This document shows, one piece after another, positions 36,443 to 46,808 of a stretch of 49,992 nt of DNA. The stretch comes from Limisphaerales bacterium (lineage in GTDB: Bacteria; Verrucomicrobiota; Verrucomicrobiia; Limisphaerales; BOG-1460): assembly GCA_003159675.1 (NCBI GenBank), contig PLQC01000040.1, positions 34,087-84,078 on the forward strand, read 5' to 3'. Under the pieces are notes generated by a model that ran no database searches, was not told the origin of the DNA, and worked only from the letters and a program-made list of their open reading frames with translations. The translations under genes were made by a program, and so were the position numbers. The first letter of the stretch is position 1, and each line of letters begins with the position of its first letter.

Positions 36443-38683
36443 TCATTTTTCCATCCGTGAAAGCCGGGCATCGAGTGCATCCAAATGCCGGAGGTCGTCC
36501 AGAGCGGATGAGAGTCCGCTAAGCGCCGACGTTGGGCTGGCTGAATCAGGAACCCCGACATTGCCCATCAGGGTCAGTTTTGTGGAATTGGTCAGTTCAA
36601 ATTCCGGCTGGTTCTGATACCAGGCATTGCCCGCCAAGATTAGTTGCAATGGTTGCGTTCCCTTACTCCGAATGATCGTCTCCTTGGGATCGCAGTAAAA
36701 CTGGCTCTGGCCCCAATAAATCTGGCCTTTGTAATCACGGATATCGAACAGCGCGTTCGTCGTGTTCAAATGCAGTTTGGGGGACTGGATGGTGATTCGG
36801 CCCTCGGGTTGCCCCGGCTTCCCGCTTAACTCGGCGACCTGATCGCTTTGCTCGTTGTAAAAATCACCCATCACCACCGAATTGTTATCGCGCACCCGCA
36901 ACGCGGGCTTGGATGCCGTGCTGATCCGGGTCAAAAAACCAATCAACCCATCCCGCCCCCCGTCTTCCATTTGTTGAAAGTTGGATGTTGAATGTTGAAT
37001 GTTGAATGTTTCCCCGCCCTCCACCGTGACCGTGCCTTCGTAGGAAGTCCGGAAGAGCAACTGCGCCTGCGTGCAATCAGTTATCCGCAGATTCCCCTGC
37101 ACATGCCGGGCATCCACCACGCAGCCGGCTGGCAGATTCAAAAAATGGATGCCGTGTTTGTCCGGTGCCTTCTGATACATTCCGTAGGCATAAACCCCGT
37201 CCAAAATCACCCGGCAGGGCTTGCCATCCGGGCTGGTGACCAACACATCATCGCCATGATTCATTTCACCCCAGTCAGACATGCCGACCACAAGGTTGGC
37301 CAAAGTGACGTTCACTGCGTCGGAGATGGTTGCCATCGGTTGCCCGGCTTCCCCGTGCCAAACCAGTCCGCAATTATAACCGCTGCCTTCCACCTTGTAA
37401 TTCTCCCCCGAAATCGTCAGCGTGCGCGACACCCGGTAGCGTCCGGTCGGGAGATAAGCAACCGCCCCGTGACCGCACTGGCGGGCCGCGTCAATGGCAC
37501 CTTGGATCGCCGCCGTATCATCGGTTTTGCCCTCGCCCTTGGCCCCGAAATCATGCAACGCGTCAAATACTTTGCCCGACACCAAAACCGTTTCCTGAAG
37601 AAACTGCTGGCTGGCGGATCTCACCACCCGGGTGGATGGGCCGGCGGGGATTTCATAAATGTGTCCTACCTGCGGATTGCGCACCAATTGGTCCACCAAG
37701 GCCGGCTGATTGTGGCTCAACAAAAGTTTTTGAACTCCGCCGCCCAACTGGAGGGCGGCTTGATTGGTCGCAGCGGGAGTGAAGACACAATCGAACATCA
37801 GCACCGGTCCGCCCTGAAGATACAGCGCTGGCTCCCGGCCCGTCCAGAGCGCCACCCGGCAATCCTGAATCGTCAATGGCGCGATGGTGGCTTCTTGGAC
37901 AAACCGCCTGGAACCGATGGAGGTGCAACGCCGGATGGAACTGCCGTGCTCGCCTTGAACCAGAAAATCCGTGTCTCGGCTGTTCTCAAAATGGGAGTTG
38001 CGGGCGTAAAAGTTGGATTTGTGGGACAACACGCCCGTGCCACAGTTGCGGAATTCGCAGCCATCAATGGTGTTGTCATAATCATTGAACGTCAAAAAGC
38101 CCAGCGCCGTGCCGCAATTGTCAAACAGGCAGTTGTGGTAGAGGATTTCTGCCGAGGCAACCTTTTGCCCGTTGCCCACCCGGATGCCGTAACCGGTAAA
38201 ATTGCGAAACGCCTCATGCTCGTGGAGAATCTCGGTCTCGAACCGTTTTCCCGCCGCATGATCAAACCCCACCGCCGCCCGGTTTTGGCCATCCCAGCTC
38301 AAGCCCACATAACGGCTGTAGGCAATGCCATCGCTCCAGAACATCGCCCCGCCAACCGGCCCGTCCCAGACCAGCCGGGTATCGCGTCCATGACCAATGA
38401 CCGCCGACCCCGTGCCCTCACCGTGAAACACCAGCGTCTGGGTGATCCGATACGTGCCGGGTGGCAGATAAATTGTTTTGCCGTTCGACCCGCGATTGAG
38501 CGCCGTCTGGATCGCCGTCGTGTCATCATTGGTGCCATCACCGACTGCTGCTGGATTAATATCCTTTTTTATGTTGATCCAATCCGATCGCGGCTGCCAG
38601 TCCAGCCGCGGGATGTCCGGCGTGGCCGCCCAGGCAGCAACTGCAAAAAGGGCAACACCAAACCACGCGGTAAGTTGACTCAC
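36443..38683 (-). CDS. Secreted GH55/pectate-lyase-3-like beta-helix protein
   Basis: Two GDG..DDT.AIQ.A...YLP.G.Y motifs. Start uncertain; the ORF-track extension overlaps the upstream pseudogene. Confidence 0.85.
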   Translation of the reverse strand: MSQLTAWFGVALFAVAAWAATPDIPRLDWQPRSDWINIKKDINPAAVGDGTNDDTTAIQTALNRGSNGKTIYLPPGTYRITQTLVFHGEGTGSAVIGHGRDTRLVWDGPVGGAMFWSDGIAYSRYVGLSWDGQNRAAVGFDHAAGKRFETEILHEHEAFRNFTGYGIRVGNGQKVASAEILYHNCLFDNCGTALGFLTFNDYDNTIDGCEFRNCGTGVLSHKSNFYARNSHFENSRDTDFLVQGEHGSSIRRCTSIGSRRFVQEATIAPLTIQDCRVALWTGREPALYLQGGPVLMFDCVFTPAATNQAALQLGGGVQKLLLSHNQPALVDQLVRNPQVGHIYEIPAGPSTRVVRSASQQFLQETVLVSGKVFDALHDFGAKGEGKTDDTAAIQGAIDAARQCGHGAVAYLPTGRYRVSRTLTISGENYKVEGSGYNCGLVWHGEAGQPMATISDAVNVTLANLVVGMSDWGEMNHGDDVLVTSPDGKPCRVILDGVYAYGMYQKAPDKHGIHFLNLPAGCVVDARHVQGNLRITDCTQAQLLFRTSYEGTVTVEGGETFNIQHSTSNFQQMEDGGRDGLIGFLTRISTASKPALRVRDNNSVVMGDFYNEQSDQVAELSGKPGQPEGRITIQSPKLHLNTTNALFDIRDYKGQIYWGQSQFYCDPKETIIRSKGTQPLQLILAGNAWYQNQPEFELTNSTKLTLMGNVGVPDSASPTSALSGLSSALDDLRHLDALDARLSRMEK

Positions 38684-38804
38684 AAACTGAAACCTCTGCA
38701 ATATTTCGATTTCATTGTAGCGGCAGCCAGTAATCGCCGCGATTTGCACGCACATCTCTATTGTTCCCCGGCATTCAGCCAAGTCATCAACCATTGATTG
38801 ATGC

Positions 38805-39225
38805 TCATTCTCGTCGCAATAGACGTCCAACACGCGTAGCCAACCGGTGTGCCGGGCTTTCCACAACACCGAAAAATAAATAGCTAATCGCCATACAAGC
38901 CATAAGTTGCATGAACCATGCAACCCATGAATTAAGACGGGCCATGGTTTATAGTTTAGCCAGTAGAATAAAAATAGGGACGTGACAAAGATAAAGGGAA
39001 AAACTCCATGTCCTAGCGCTTTCGAGGCTGCGGTAGGGCGGATGCGTTTGGAACCAAATTAGCTCTTTTCGTAGCCAAACAAAGCATGCAATCGCAAAAA
39101 CGTTTAGAGTCCAAGGATACCGGACCGAGCCATGAAAACGCAAGATGGAACAAACACTTGCCAAACTCCAAATAATACACCGGCAACACCAGATGGACCT
39201 AAGAGGTGGCAGACTAGTCCATGAG
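38805..39225 (-). pseudogene. Acyltransferase-3 pseudogene, C-terminal part
   Basis: WSFSLYLCH, an in-frame TAA at 38949-38951, then ISYLFFGVVESPAH. Confidence 0.78.
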
Positions 39226-39229
39226 ACTT

Positions 39230-39970
39230 TCATGTAGTTGCCACAGATGTTTTGGCAACCACAAGCATATTCTGTGATAAAATATGATGAGTAAATCCTG
39301 TTTCCGCAGTCAATAAGAGGCGTGAGGTCGCCGTTAGTAATTCCCACAGAATTCTTCTAATAAGGCTTTTAGCACCATGTATGACCGGCTTATCCTCAAA
39401 GCATTTGACATGGTGGAAACCACAGGCATTTAATGCCTGCTCAATGGATCGTGAGGTAAAGCAGTTTTCATGGGTTAAATCCCCGTAACGTATTCTCATG
39501 CCAAACAAACCTTCAGCATTGGGAACGTGGATAATTATAATCCCATCGTTTCTTAATGAAACATAAACTTGATCCAGCAAAGCAAGCAATTCCCCTTTTT
39601 CTAAATGCTCAAGAATATCCATTAAAAATACAACATCAAAGGCTTTGTTTTGCTCTTTTAGAAAACTGCCCATGTCAAGACAGGTGGCGCTTTTGATCCC
39701 GAGGTCATGTGCCAACTTGATTTGTTCCGGCGATATATCCACTCCTTGGACGTTTTTAAAACCCAATTGCTGCAAGCAATAAATCAAAGCTCCATGTCCA
39801 CACGCCAAGTCAGCTATAACAATATTTTTGCTTTGGAAAAGGTGTTTCTTTATGAGTTGTTTGTAAAATGGATAGTTGCTGATTGCCAGATTAGTCTCTC
39901 GATTAATCTTACCGGCTGCTTGCCCGGTCGAAATATAACCGTCATACAAACGTTTTTTCCAGTCATTCAT
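39230..39970 (-). CDS. Class I SAM-dependent methyltransferase
   Basis: ADLACGHG, GVDIS, DILEHL, VPN, DLTH. Confidence 0.92.
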   Translation of the reverse strand: MNDWKKRLYDGYISTGQAAGKINRETNLAISNYPFYKQLIKKHLFQSKNIVIADLACGHGALIYCLQQLGFKNVQGVDISPEQIKLAHDLGIKSATCLDMGSFLKEQNKAFDVVFLMDILEHLEKGELLALLDQVYVSLRNDGIIIIHVPNAEGLFGMRIRYGDLTHENCFTSRSIEQALNACGFHHVKCFEDKPVIHGAKSLIRRILWELLTATSRLLLTAETGFTHHILSQNMLVVAKTSVATT

Positions 39971-39986
39971 TTCATTGTAGATTTAT

Positions 39987-40125
39987 TTACTTCTCCCGAT
40001 TGAGAATGTCTAACACCGGTGCAAACTGAACCTCGTAATTCCACTCCGTCAAAATGCGTTGCCGGCCCTGTTCGCCCATTTTGCGGGTTTCTTTGGGTTG
40101 CTCCGAGAACCAACGCAAGGCCTTC
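39987..40125 (-). pseudogene. C-terminal remnant of a glycosyltransferase
   Basis: KMGEQGRQRILTEWNYE is a typical GT-B C-terminal helix with no upstream body. Confidence 0.65.
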
Positions 40126-40827
40126 TCATGCTGGGTGTGTAATGAAAAAACACTTAAAGCTTGGGGAAGGGGCAGAGGTTGAAAACGATGGTGCCAGCAT
40201 ACATCCAAGCAGCCAGCATGGCAAGCCAACAACCCATGTCAAAAGCGGTCCAAAAGCATGGTATTCTTTGGCTTCCGGGTGCAAGCATGTGATTAACAAT
40301 GCAATAGCATTAGCAGCAATTACAAGGCGCCACCCAAAATATCGGATGAATGGAAATAGAATCGGATACAACGTATAATAAATCAGTTCAGCGACGAGGC
40401 TCCAAAGGATTGAGTCGTAGAATTCCACAACTCCTGACGACTTTCAGAGGAGGACGAGAACAAAAGCAAATATGAAGGGAAGCCCAATTCTTAAGTAGCG
40501 CCTTGCTAGAAAGGCAGCCGGCATTTTTGGCGCATATCTGAATGGGAAATGGATGTAGAAACCCGATACTACAAAGAATACGACTACCTCAGCCACACCG
40601 CAGAATAAGTTGTTATAGAAACCGCGCAGGATTTTCATAACGGCCGTATTCCCAGCCAGATGGTCCGACAATGGAATAAACCAAAAATGGGAAAATACCA
40701 GCCATAATGCAAAAACAAAACGAATTGAATCCAGTCCCGCAACTCGGTAAATCTTAGTCTTAGCGGCTTGGCTTTCGGCAACCTTGCCGCCAACTATCTG
40801 ATTATGCGTAAACACTTCCGGTATCAA
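40126..40827 (-). pseudogene. Acyltransferase-3 pseudogene, N-terminal part
   Basis: GLDSIRF, VFFVVSGF, RRYLRI, an in-frame TGA at 40444-40446, then WSLVAELIYY. Confidence 0.82.
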
Positions 40828-40851
40828 TTCTTTTCGAAATGTGAACTTGTT

Positions 40852-42411
40852 TCAAGGTTCACTGTCTATGCCTGGCTGCGGCACCTGCCTTAAATTCCTG
40901 CTAGTTTTAACAGAGTTAACACCAAATTTCGCTAATAGCATTACTTTCTGCGGTAATAAAAACCGCATCAAAATAACCAAAAGAAATGTAAATACTGCAG
41001 GTCCAACGATCTCGGCATTGATCCAGCCAGCCACCTGACCGCCGCTTCTGATCCAGAGCAGGGCGATCGGCAATATCCACAGGTTTCCGGCCGCCTGTTC
41101 TTTGACAATGAGCAGGGTAATGGTCCCGAATATCCAGCCAATCACAATGGAACCAAGGATGACATAAACCCACCCCCCATTCCAATATCCTTCCGCGAAG
41201 AAGCCAATGCCAAAGGAGGCCGTCTCCCCGCCAGTAAGTTTTTTATAAAAGTCGGCTCCCGACTCGATGATCGGCTTGTTGGGCCAAAGAATCCGGGGAA
41301 TAGGAGCGATCCAGGCCAGGGAAAAACTGTTCCCGGGACTGCCTTCGTTGTATTGCTGCATCGCAAACGCTTGGGCGTTGGCGTAGTTGAGTCGCGTCCA
41401 CCAATTCTGGATTTGTTCCGCTTTTTTTCCCTCCGATTCCTGGTCAGCAGTGAAAAATGATTTGGCCAGACTGATCCGGCCTGTCACGGTGTCATCTGGC
41501 AAATCCAGTCCGTGATTTCGGCAGTAGGTCACATAGGAATTGCTGGCCAGATAAACGACCAACAGAAATACAAGGATCCAGCCGAGCGACCGCACTCCAG
41601 GGCGGTAAAGCAAGTATCCAAAAATACAGGGCAGCACGGCGAGCAGGATGGCAAACTTGGAAAAGCTCGCCATGGCCGCTGCAACGTCGAAGGCCAGCAT
41701 CGCGCCCAACAACAGCCACCACCCGCCACCCCGGCGTAGCGCAACGACGGTCAGACATACCAGCCCGGCGCTGGTGAACATGGCAAGCCAGTTCAAAAAA
41801 CTAGGAACTGTGAAACTTACGAGGCCCCAGCCGGACAGCAGGGTTAAACAACTCGGAGGTAAACCGATCAGGTAAAACATCATTATTGCCGTCGCCATGG
41901 CCTCCTGACTGACCGGCTTTGGTGTTGCAAAAGTGATCTTTTTTATCCGCCACCGCCACACCCCAAAGACCAGAGCCACTCCAAGGGCGTTCAAAAGAGT
42001 GACACGCAAAACATCCTGAACCGTCACCGGATAGACTGCCTGGCAATACGCCTTGGCTTCATCGTCGCCAAAATAATACATCAGCGGGCCAAAACCAAAA
42101 TACGCCCCGGACGCCAGCAACAACCAGGGCATCGGAGTAAAAATAAGCTGCGGCCTTTGCTCCACGAGCTTATAGGCCAGCGCACCGCAGAGCAGCGTAA
42201 AGGTTACCAGAACTCCCACACAAATTGCGTCAGGAAGAGCCAGCTTGAAAAAAACAGCGTAAAGGACAAACGAGGCAAAGCCCATGAACAAACACGTCAC
42301 CATCCATGAAAGATGAAAATAGCGCGGATCGGCCAGGTTACGGCTTCTCACAGATGGCGATTGAGTCGCACTGCGCACCGCCATGTTGCTGCTGTGTCTT
42401 TTGGTTGTCAT
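40852..42411 (-). CDS. Polytopic membrane protein, probable Wzy-like polymerase
   Basis: Many hydrophobic segments; IPRILWPNKP and EGYWNGG motifs; polysaccharide-cluster context. Confidence 0.75.
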   Translation of the reverse strand: MTTKRHSSNMAVRSATQSPSVRSRNLADPRYFHLSWMVTCLFMGFASFVLYAVFFKLALPDAICVGVLVTFTLLCGALAYKLVEQRPQLIFTPMPWLLLASGAYFGFGPLMYYFGDDEAKAYCQAVYPVTVQDVLRVTLLNALGVALVFGVWRWRIKKITFATPKPVSQEAMATAIMMFYLIGLPPSCLTLLSGWGLVSFTVPSFLNWLAMFTSAGLVCLTVVALRRGGGWWLLLGAMLAFDVAAAMASFSKFAILLAVLPCIFGYLLYRPGVRSLGWILVFLLVVYLASNSYVTYCRNHGLDLPDDTVTGRISLAKSFFTADQESEGKKAEQIQNWWTRLNYANAQAFAMQQYNEGSPGNSFSLAWIAPIPRILWPNKPIIESGADFYKKLTGGETASFGIGFFAEGYWNGGWVYVILGSIVIGWIFGTITLLIVKEQAAGNLWILPIALLWIRSGGQVAGWINAEIVGPAVFTFLLVILMRFLLPQKVMLLAKFGVNSVKTSRNLRQVPQPGIDSEP

Positions 42412-42525
42412 AAAACTTTCGCTTGTGAACCCTTCCCCAATGGCAAGTTGCGCGGCCTGAATAAAATTGGTTGACGTAGATTGCGCGGAATGCAACTCGG
42501 CCAGATCGTTTGCCGTCTCGTTACT

Positions 42526-43581
42526 TTAATATTTCGCACGTTTCGCAAATTGGTGCAGCCATGGCTTGAAACGGAAGAAAATCCATAATGGAATGCACAG
42601 CCCAGCCAGTGAAACGAACGCGTGGAGCAGTTTCAAGTAAATGCGTGTCACCATTCCAAAGGCTGCATTCTTGAGGAGATTTTTGGGCCTCATCCCGAGA
42701 CATATTCCCGCCGCATAGCGCCAGGATTGAATCCTGCGATATTCAAAAAGCCAGGGAGGATAGGTGAACATCAACAACTGTCCAAAAATCCGCCGGGCGA
42801 TTCGTTCACGCTCCCGCCGATCAACGTAACGCTCAACCGCCGCAAACGCCAATCGCCCAATGGGAGCTAAATTCAATGGGCGTTCAATGATGGGACAGTT
42901 TTTTAGAACCGGCCAGGCACGATAAGTATCCACTTGCTCTCCCGGAATCTGGACATCTTTGAGAATAACCACATCTGACACAGCCAACAACCGGCACCCG
43001 GACGCCAGTATCCGTGTGCCGAGATAAGTCTGGTAGAACGCCGCCACATCCCATTGGTCCGTTTCATGTTTGCGTGCCAGTTCCCGGTCAAATATCAACC
43101 CGCTCACAAAGCTGAAATTTCGGAAATTATTGGCGGCTGTGCGCGCTCCGGAACCTAAAACTCCCGTGAACTGCATTCGGCGATACGTCAATCCGGTGGT
43201 AATTTCTTGATAGTTCGTAACCACCACTTCGGGGAAATTGTGCGAGCGCATTACTGCGTGCAATTGCGCCAATGTCTCCGGCCCGGCCAGCATGTCGTCG
43301 TTGCCCAGTAGAAAGCAGTAACGTCCGTTCGCCAGCCCAATGGCACGGCGCAGATTTTTGTCATAACGAATATTCTTTTCGGTTTTGCTATATTCGAATT
43401 TCAGGGCCGTCTCTTGAAGGTAATTTATAATTTCCTGTTCTCGTCCGTCGGTGGAACAGTCATCGGAAATGCAAATTTCAAAATTCCGAAAGGTTTGTGT
43501 ATTTAAGGATTCCAGCACCCGCAACAGAAACGAAGTCCGGTTATATTGGGGAATGCAAATAGAAAAAAATGGCGAATTCAT
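42526..43581 (-). CDS. GT2 glycosyltransferase
   Basis: SICIPQYNR, ISDDCSTD, LGNDD. Confidence 0.92.
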   Translation of the reverse strand: MNSPFFSICIPQYNRTSFLLRVLESLNTQTFRNFEICISDDCSTDGREQEIINYLQETALKFEYSKTEKNIRYDKNLRRAIGLANGRYCFLLGNDDMLAGPETLAQLHAVMRSHNFPEVVVTNYQEITTGLTYRRMQFTGVLGSGARTAANNFRNFSFVSGLIFDRELARKHETDQWDVAAFYQTYLGTRILASGCRLLAVSDVVILKDVQIPGEQVDTYRAWPVLKNCPIIERPLNLAPIGRLAFAAVERYVDRRERERIARRIFGQLLMFTYPPWLFEYRRIQSWRYAAGICLGMRPKNLLKNAAFGMVTRIYLKLLHAFVSLAGLCIPLWIFFRFKPWLHQFAKRAKY

Positions 43582-43612
43582 GGCGGTGGACCGCAATTCG
43601 GGTGACGGCAAT

Positions 43613-44512
43613 TTAGGATTGTTCTTTGGCCATTACATCGGTAAAGTCCAAGATGCCGCGTTCACGGATTGGAAATATGTTTTGACATTGGCGGCATTGG
43701 ATGTTGGACTCAGATTGACTGAACTTTAAGGAGTGACAGACCGGGCAGCGCAACAAATCCTGCACGCGCAGTTTGGAATTTCTGGAGGTTTGGGAAAGGA
43801 GCAGGCGAAAAATGTGCAGGCATCCAGCCTTAAAACGGGCGGAGATTGGAAGCTGCGGTTGATGTCTGGCGGATTCTTCCGGAGTCCAATCAAAGATATA
43901 ATCTGGATTGACAATCCGATACTCGATGCCCCCCGTAACCCGGCTCCAATAATATCGAACATGAAATTCAAACGGGTTGCGATTCATCCACTTCGGCAGG
44001 AGTTGGCCGGTTTTTTTGCCGTGCAATTCGTAAATTTCGGGATCTTGAATGTAGGCGCGTTTTTTCCGAATCATCAGAACACCGTCCCGATCGGTGATTT
44101 CCGACCGATGGCACGAGTAAGTGCCAAGCCGCTCAAAAAAGGCATCCGGCACTTCAATATAACCGGCTTTTGCCACCCGTTGAATCTCCGACAGGAACTT
44201 TTCCGGTTGGTCGCTATGCTCCAACACATGACTGGCGATGACAAAGTCGAACGTGTCATCGGCGAATGGAAGTTTCTCTGTGAAAGCTAGAACGGTCGGA
44301 CGGTCGCTGATTAGCTTGGCAAAATGCCGTTCGCTGGTGTCCAGATAAGCATCGCACAAAACGTTTGCGCGCCAATATGGATTGCCGCCGCTGCCGACTT
44401 CCAACACGAGAGCGTCGGGTGCAACGGGACAATGCAAGCGCCGCAGCGACCATGCCATGCGCACGCAACCAAGTTTTTTGAATAGGACCATCAATACACT
44501 TTCAGTTTTCAT
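43613..44512 (-). CDS. SAM-dependent methyltransferase with C-terminal Zn-ribbon
   Basis: LEVGSG, FDFVIASHVLEH, CPVC...CRQC. Confidence 0.88.
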   Translation of the reverse strand: MKTESVLMVLFKKLGCVRMAWSLRRLHCPVAPDALVLEVGSGGNPYWRANVLCDAYLDTSERHFAKLISDRPTVLAFTEKLPFADDTFDFVIASHVLEHSDQPEKFLSEIQRVAKAGYIEVPDAFFERLGTYSCHRSEITDRDGVLMIRKKRAYIQDPEIYELHGKKTGQLLPKWMNRNPFEFHVRYYWSRVTGGIEYRIVNPDYIFDWTPEESARHQPQLPISARFKAGCLHIFRLLLSQTSRNSKLRVQDLLRCPVCHSLKFSQSESNIQCRQCQNIFPIRERGILDFTDVMAKEQS

Positions 44513-44589
44513 TTTTATCAGGTTACGACTGGATTTGATTAATCCGCATGAGTTTCAATTCAACAGCCGACCGTCACAATCCATGCGGA

Positions 44590-46767
44590 CTAAAGCGCCT
44601 GGTTTCTATTCAACTTGGATGCAATGATTGTGTTTAGAGCGACGCGCAATCGGTTTTCATTACTGTAACCATCGCGCAGACAACGCTCATAACCCCTCTT
44701 CGCAATCCGGCGACGCTCTTCCGGATGATCAAGATAGTATCGGACTTTGCGGATCAATTCTTCGTCGTCGGAAAAGTATTCCGCTTCTTCCCCTTCCAAG
44801 AACAAGCGTTGGTGTTCTGCGGTGCGCTCTGCCAGCATAAAACTCCCGCATGCCGGAATCTCCATCGTTCGCGATGTTTGTAGGTCGCGATTAGCCTTCC
44901 GCAGAAAACAAATAGTGATGTCGAAAGCGCATACCGCACGGGCATAATCGTCTGCCCATAACGGTTTGTTCTCCAGGTGCAAACCCGGAGGCACATCTTT
45001 CATTCGCTCCCAAGTAAAACCCCAGACCCGCACGGGAATCCCGGCGAGCGCCAGTATTCTTAATGACTCCGCCCGTTCTGGTTCCCATTGGCCAATGAAT
45101 CCTACCGGCCCACCTAACTGCCGCCGCTGTTCTGCCGTTATCGGCATGGGGCGGTGAGTGTGTGGATCGTAAGATTTATCCACGAACAAAACGTCAGGAC
45201 AGCCCAGCTTTTTCAATTCCGCCACATTGTAGCTCTTAGTGATGATATAATGATCATAAAACGGCAACCCCTTGAGAAAACGTAAAGTCTGATTCCCCGG
45301 ATTCATCATGTCGTCGGGAGAATATCCCACGATCCGGCATCCTGCCTGGATTTTGTGAACTTGTCGCAATGTTGCCGGCTTAATAAGCAGGGTTTTGTCA
45401 ATCCACAGAACATCGAAAGGTTCCGCCCGGACCACTTTAAGAATATTTTCGTTGGTTCCAACATGATCCAGGCTACCAAACAATTTCCACTCGATTCGTG
45501 AAATCACAGATGGATTAGCAATGAATTCAGTGTATTTTATGGTGGTCACCATGGTTAAGCGATGCCCCAGATCCTTGAGCGCCTGTGCCCGCTGCAATGT
45601 CGTGCTGCCTTTCAAGAGCATGCCTACATAGAGTATCCTGAGTTTATCTTGGTTGCCCGGTTTACACACCGCTGCAACTTCAGCAGAGATCGAGCTGGTT
45701 GATGGTAAGTTGGACTCGACGGCCTGGGACTTGGCGGCCATGATGGTTTCCAGCGCACTACCTAGTCGTCCTACGTTGCTGTATCCATCGCGGATGCAAC
45801 GTTCATACCCGCGCTGCGCTATCCTCCGCCGTTTGTCGGAATGCTCCAAATAAAAATGCACCTTTTGAATTATTTCCTCATCCGTTTCAAAAAACTCCAC
45901 TTCCTCCCCTTCTTTAAACAAGCGTTGATGTTCTGCGGTGCGCTCTGCCAGCATGAAACCTCCGCAAGCTGGAATCTCCATCGTTCGCTGTGTCTGTTGG
46001 TCGCGGTTGCACTTCCGAAGGAAGCACAGATTAATGTCAAAGGCGCAGATGGCGCGAGCGTAGTCTTCGTCCCAAAGCGGACGGTTTTCCAAGACCAAGG
46101 CAGGCGGCACATGGCGCATCCGTTCCCAAGTCATTCCCCAAACTCTCACGGAAATTCCCGCCATTGCCAGTTTCCTAATGGACTCGGCGCGCGCAGGTTC
46201 CCACTGCCCGATAAATCCGACCGCTCCACCAAACCGCTGCCGGTCATCTTCGATGACGTTCATGGGATGATGGATTCGAGGATCGTAGGCATTATCCACG
46301 AACAGAATCTTTGGACATCCCAGTGCGGCTAATTCCTTGATGTGATAACTCTTGGTGGTGATGAAGAAATGATAAAGCGGCAGTCCCTCAAGGAAATGCC
46401 CGGATTGGTTGGCCGGATTCATCATGTCATCTGGCGAATAGCCGACAATCCGGCAACCCGGCTGGATCTCACGCACCCGACGCAAAGTATTGGCATAAAT
46501 GGTTAACCCCTTATCTATCCACAAAACATCAAACCGTTCAGACTGAATAGCTCGTAACAGCCTGACGTTGGCTCCCACTTTGTCTTGGTGGCCAAATATC
46601 CTCCTTTGAACTCGCGAGAGCCATGGCGTATATATCACGATCTCGGCGGACGGTTCCGTGTTGATATCCGTTACCTGATGGCCCATGTCCTGGAGCGTTT
46701 TCAATCGTTGGACTGTGGTGCTGCCGATCAGAGACGGTCCGACATGGAGTATCCGCAGTGCGTTCAT
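44590..46767 (-). CDS. Tandem double CgeB-like glycosyltransferase
   Basis: Two halves, each with LWIDK, GYSPDDMMNP, GFIGQWEP and RTMEIPACG. Confidence 0.9.
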   Translation of the reverse strand: MNALRILHVGPSLIGSTTVQRLKTLQDMGHQVTDINTEPSAEIVIYTPWLSRVQRRIFGHQDKVGANVRLLRAIQSERFDVLWIDKGLTIYANTLRRVREIQPGCRIVGYSPDDMMNPANQSGHFLEGLPLYHFFITTKSYHIKELAALGCPKILFVDNAYDPRIHHPMNVIEDDRQRFGGAVGFIGQWEPARAESIRKLAMAGISVRVWGMTWERMRHVPPALVLENRPLWDEDYARAICAFDINLCFLRKCNRDQQTQRTMEIPACGGFMLAERTAEHQRLFKEGEEVEFFETDEEIIQKVHFYLEHSDKRRRIAQRGYERCIRDGYSNVGRLGSALETIMAAKSQAVESNLPSTSSISAEVAAVCKPGNQDKLRILYVGMLLKGSTTLQRAQALKDLGHRLTMVTTIKYTEFIANPSVISRIEWKLFGSLDHVGTNENILKVVRAEPFDVLWIDKTLLIKPATLRQVHKIQAGCRIVGYSPDDMMNPGNQTLRFLKGLPFYDHYIITKSYNVAELKKLGCPDVLFVDKSYDPHTHRPMPITAEQRRQLGGPVGFIGQWEPERAESLRILALAGIPVRVWGFTWERMKDVPPGLHLENKPLWADDYARAVCAFDITICFLRKANRDLQTSRTMEIPACGSFMLAERTAEHQRLFLEGEEAEYFSDDEELIRKVRYYLDHPEERRRIAKRGYERCLRDGYSNENRLRVALNTIIASKLNRNQAL

Positions 46768-46808
46768 AAGTCCTGATTAGTTTTTACGGTCGAGAACGAT
46801 TTGAACAT

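Noticed and set aside
36992-38797. Long antisense ORFs (also 9880-11025, 13725-14822, 16836-17930, 28445-29158)
   Set aside because: Shadows of well-supported genes on the opposite strand in GC-rich DNA.
40444-40446. TGA recoding or alternative genetic code
   Set aside because: Many intact genes here end in TGA, and the same gene also has a TAA stop and an insertion.
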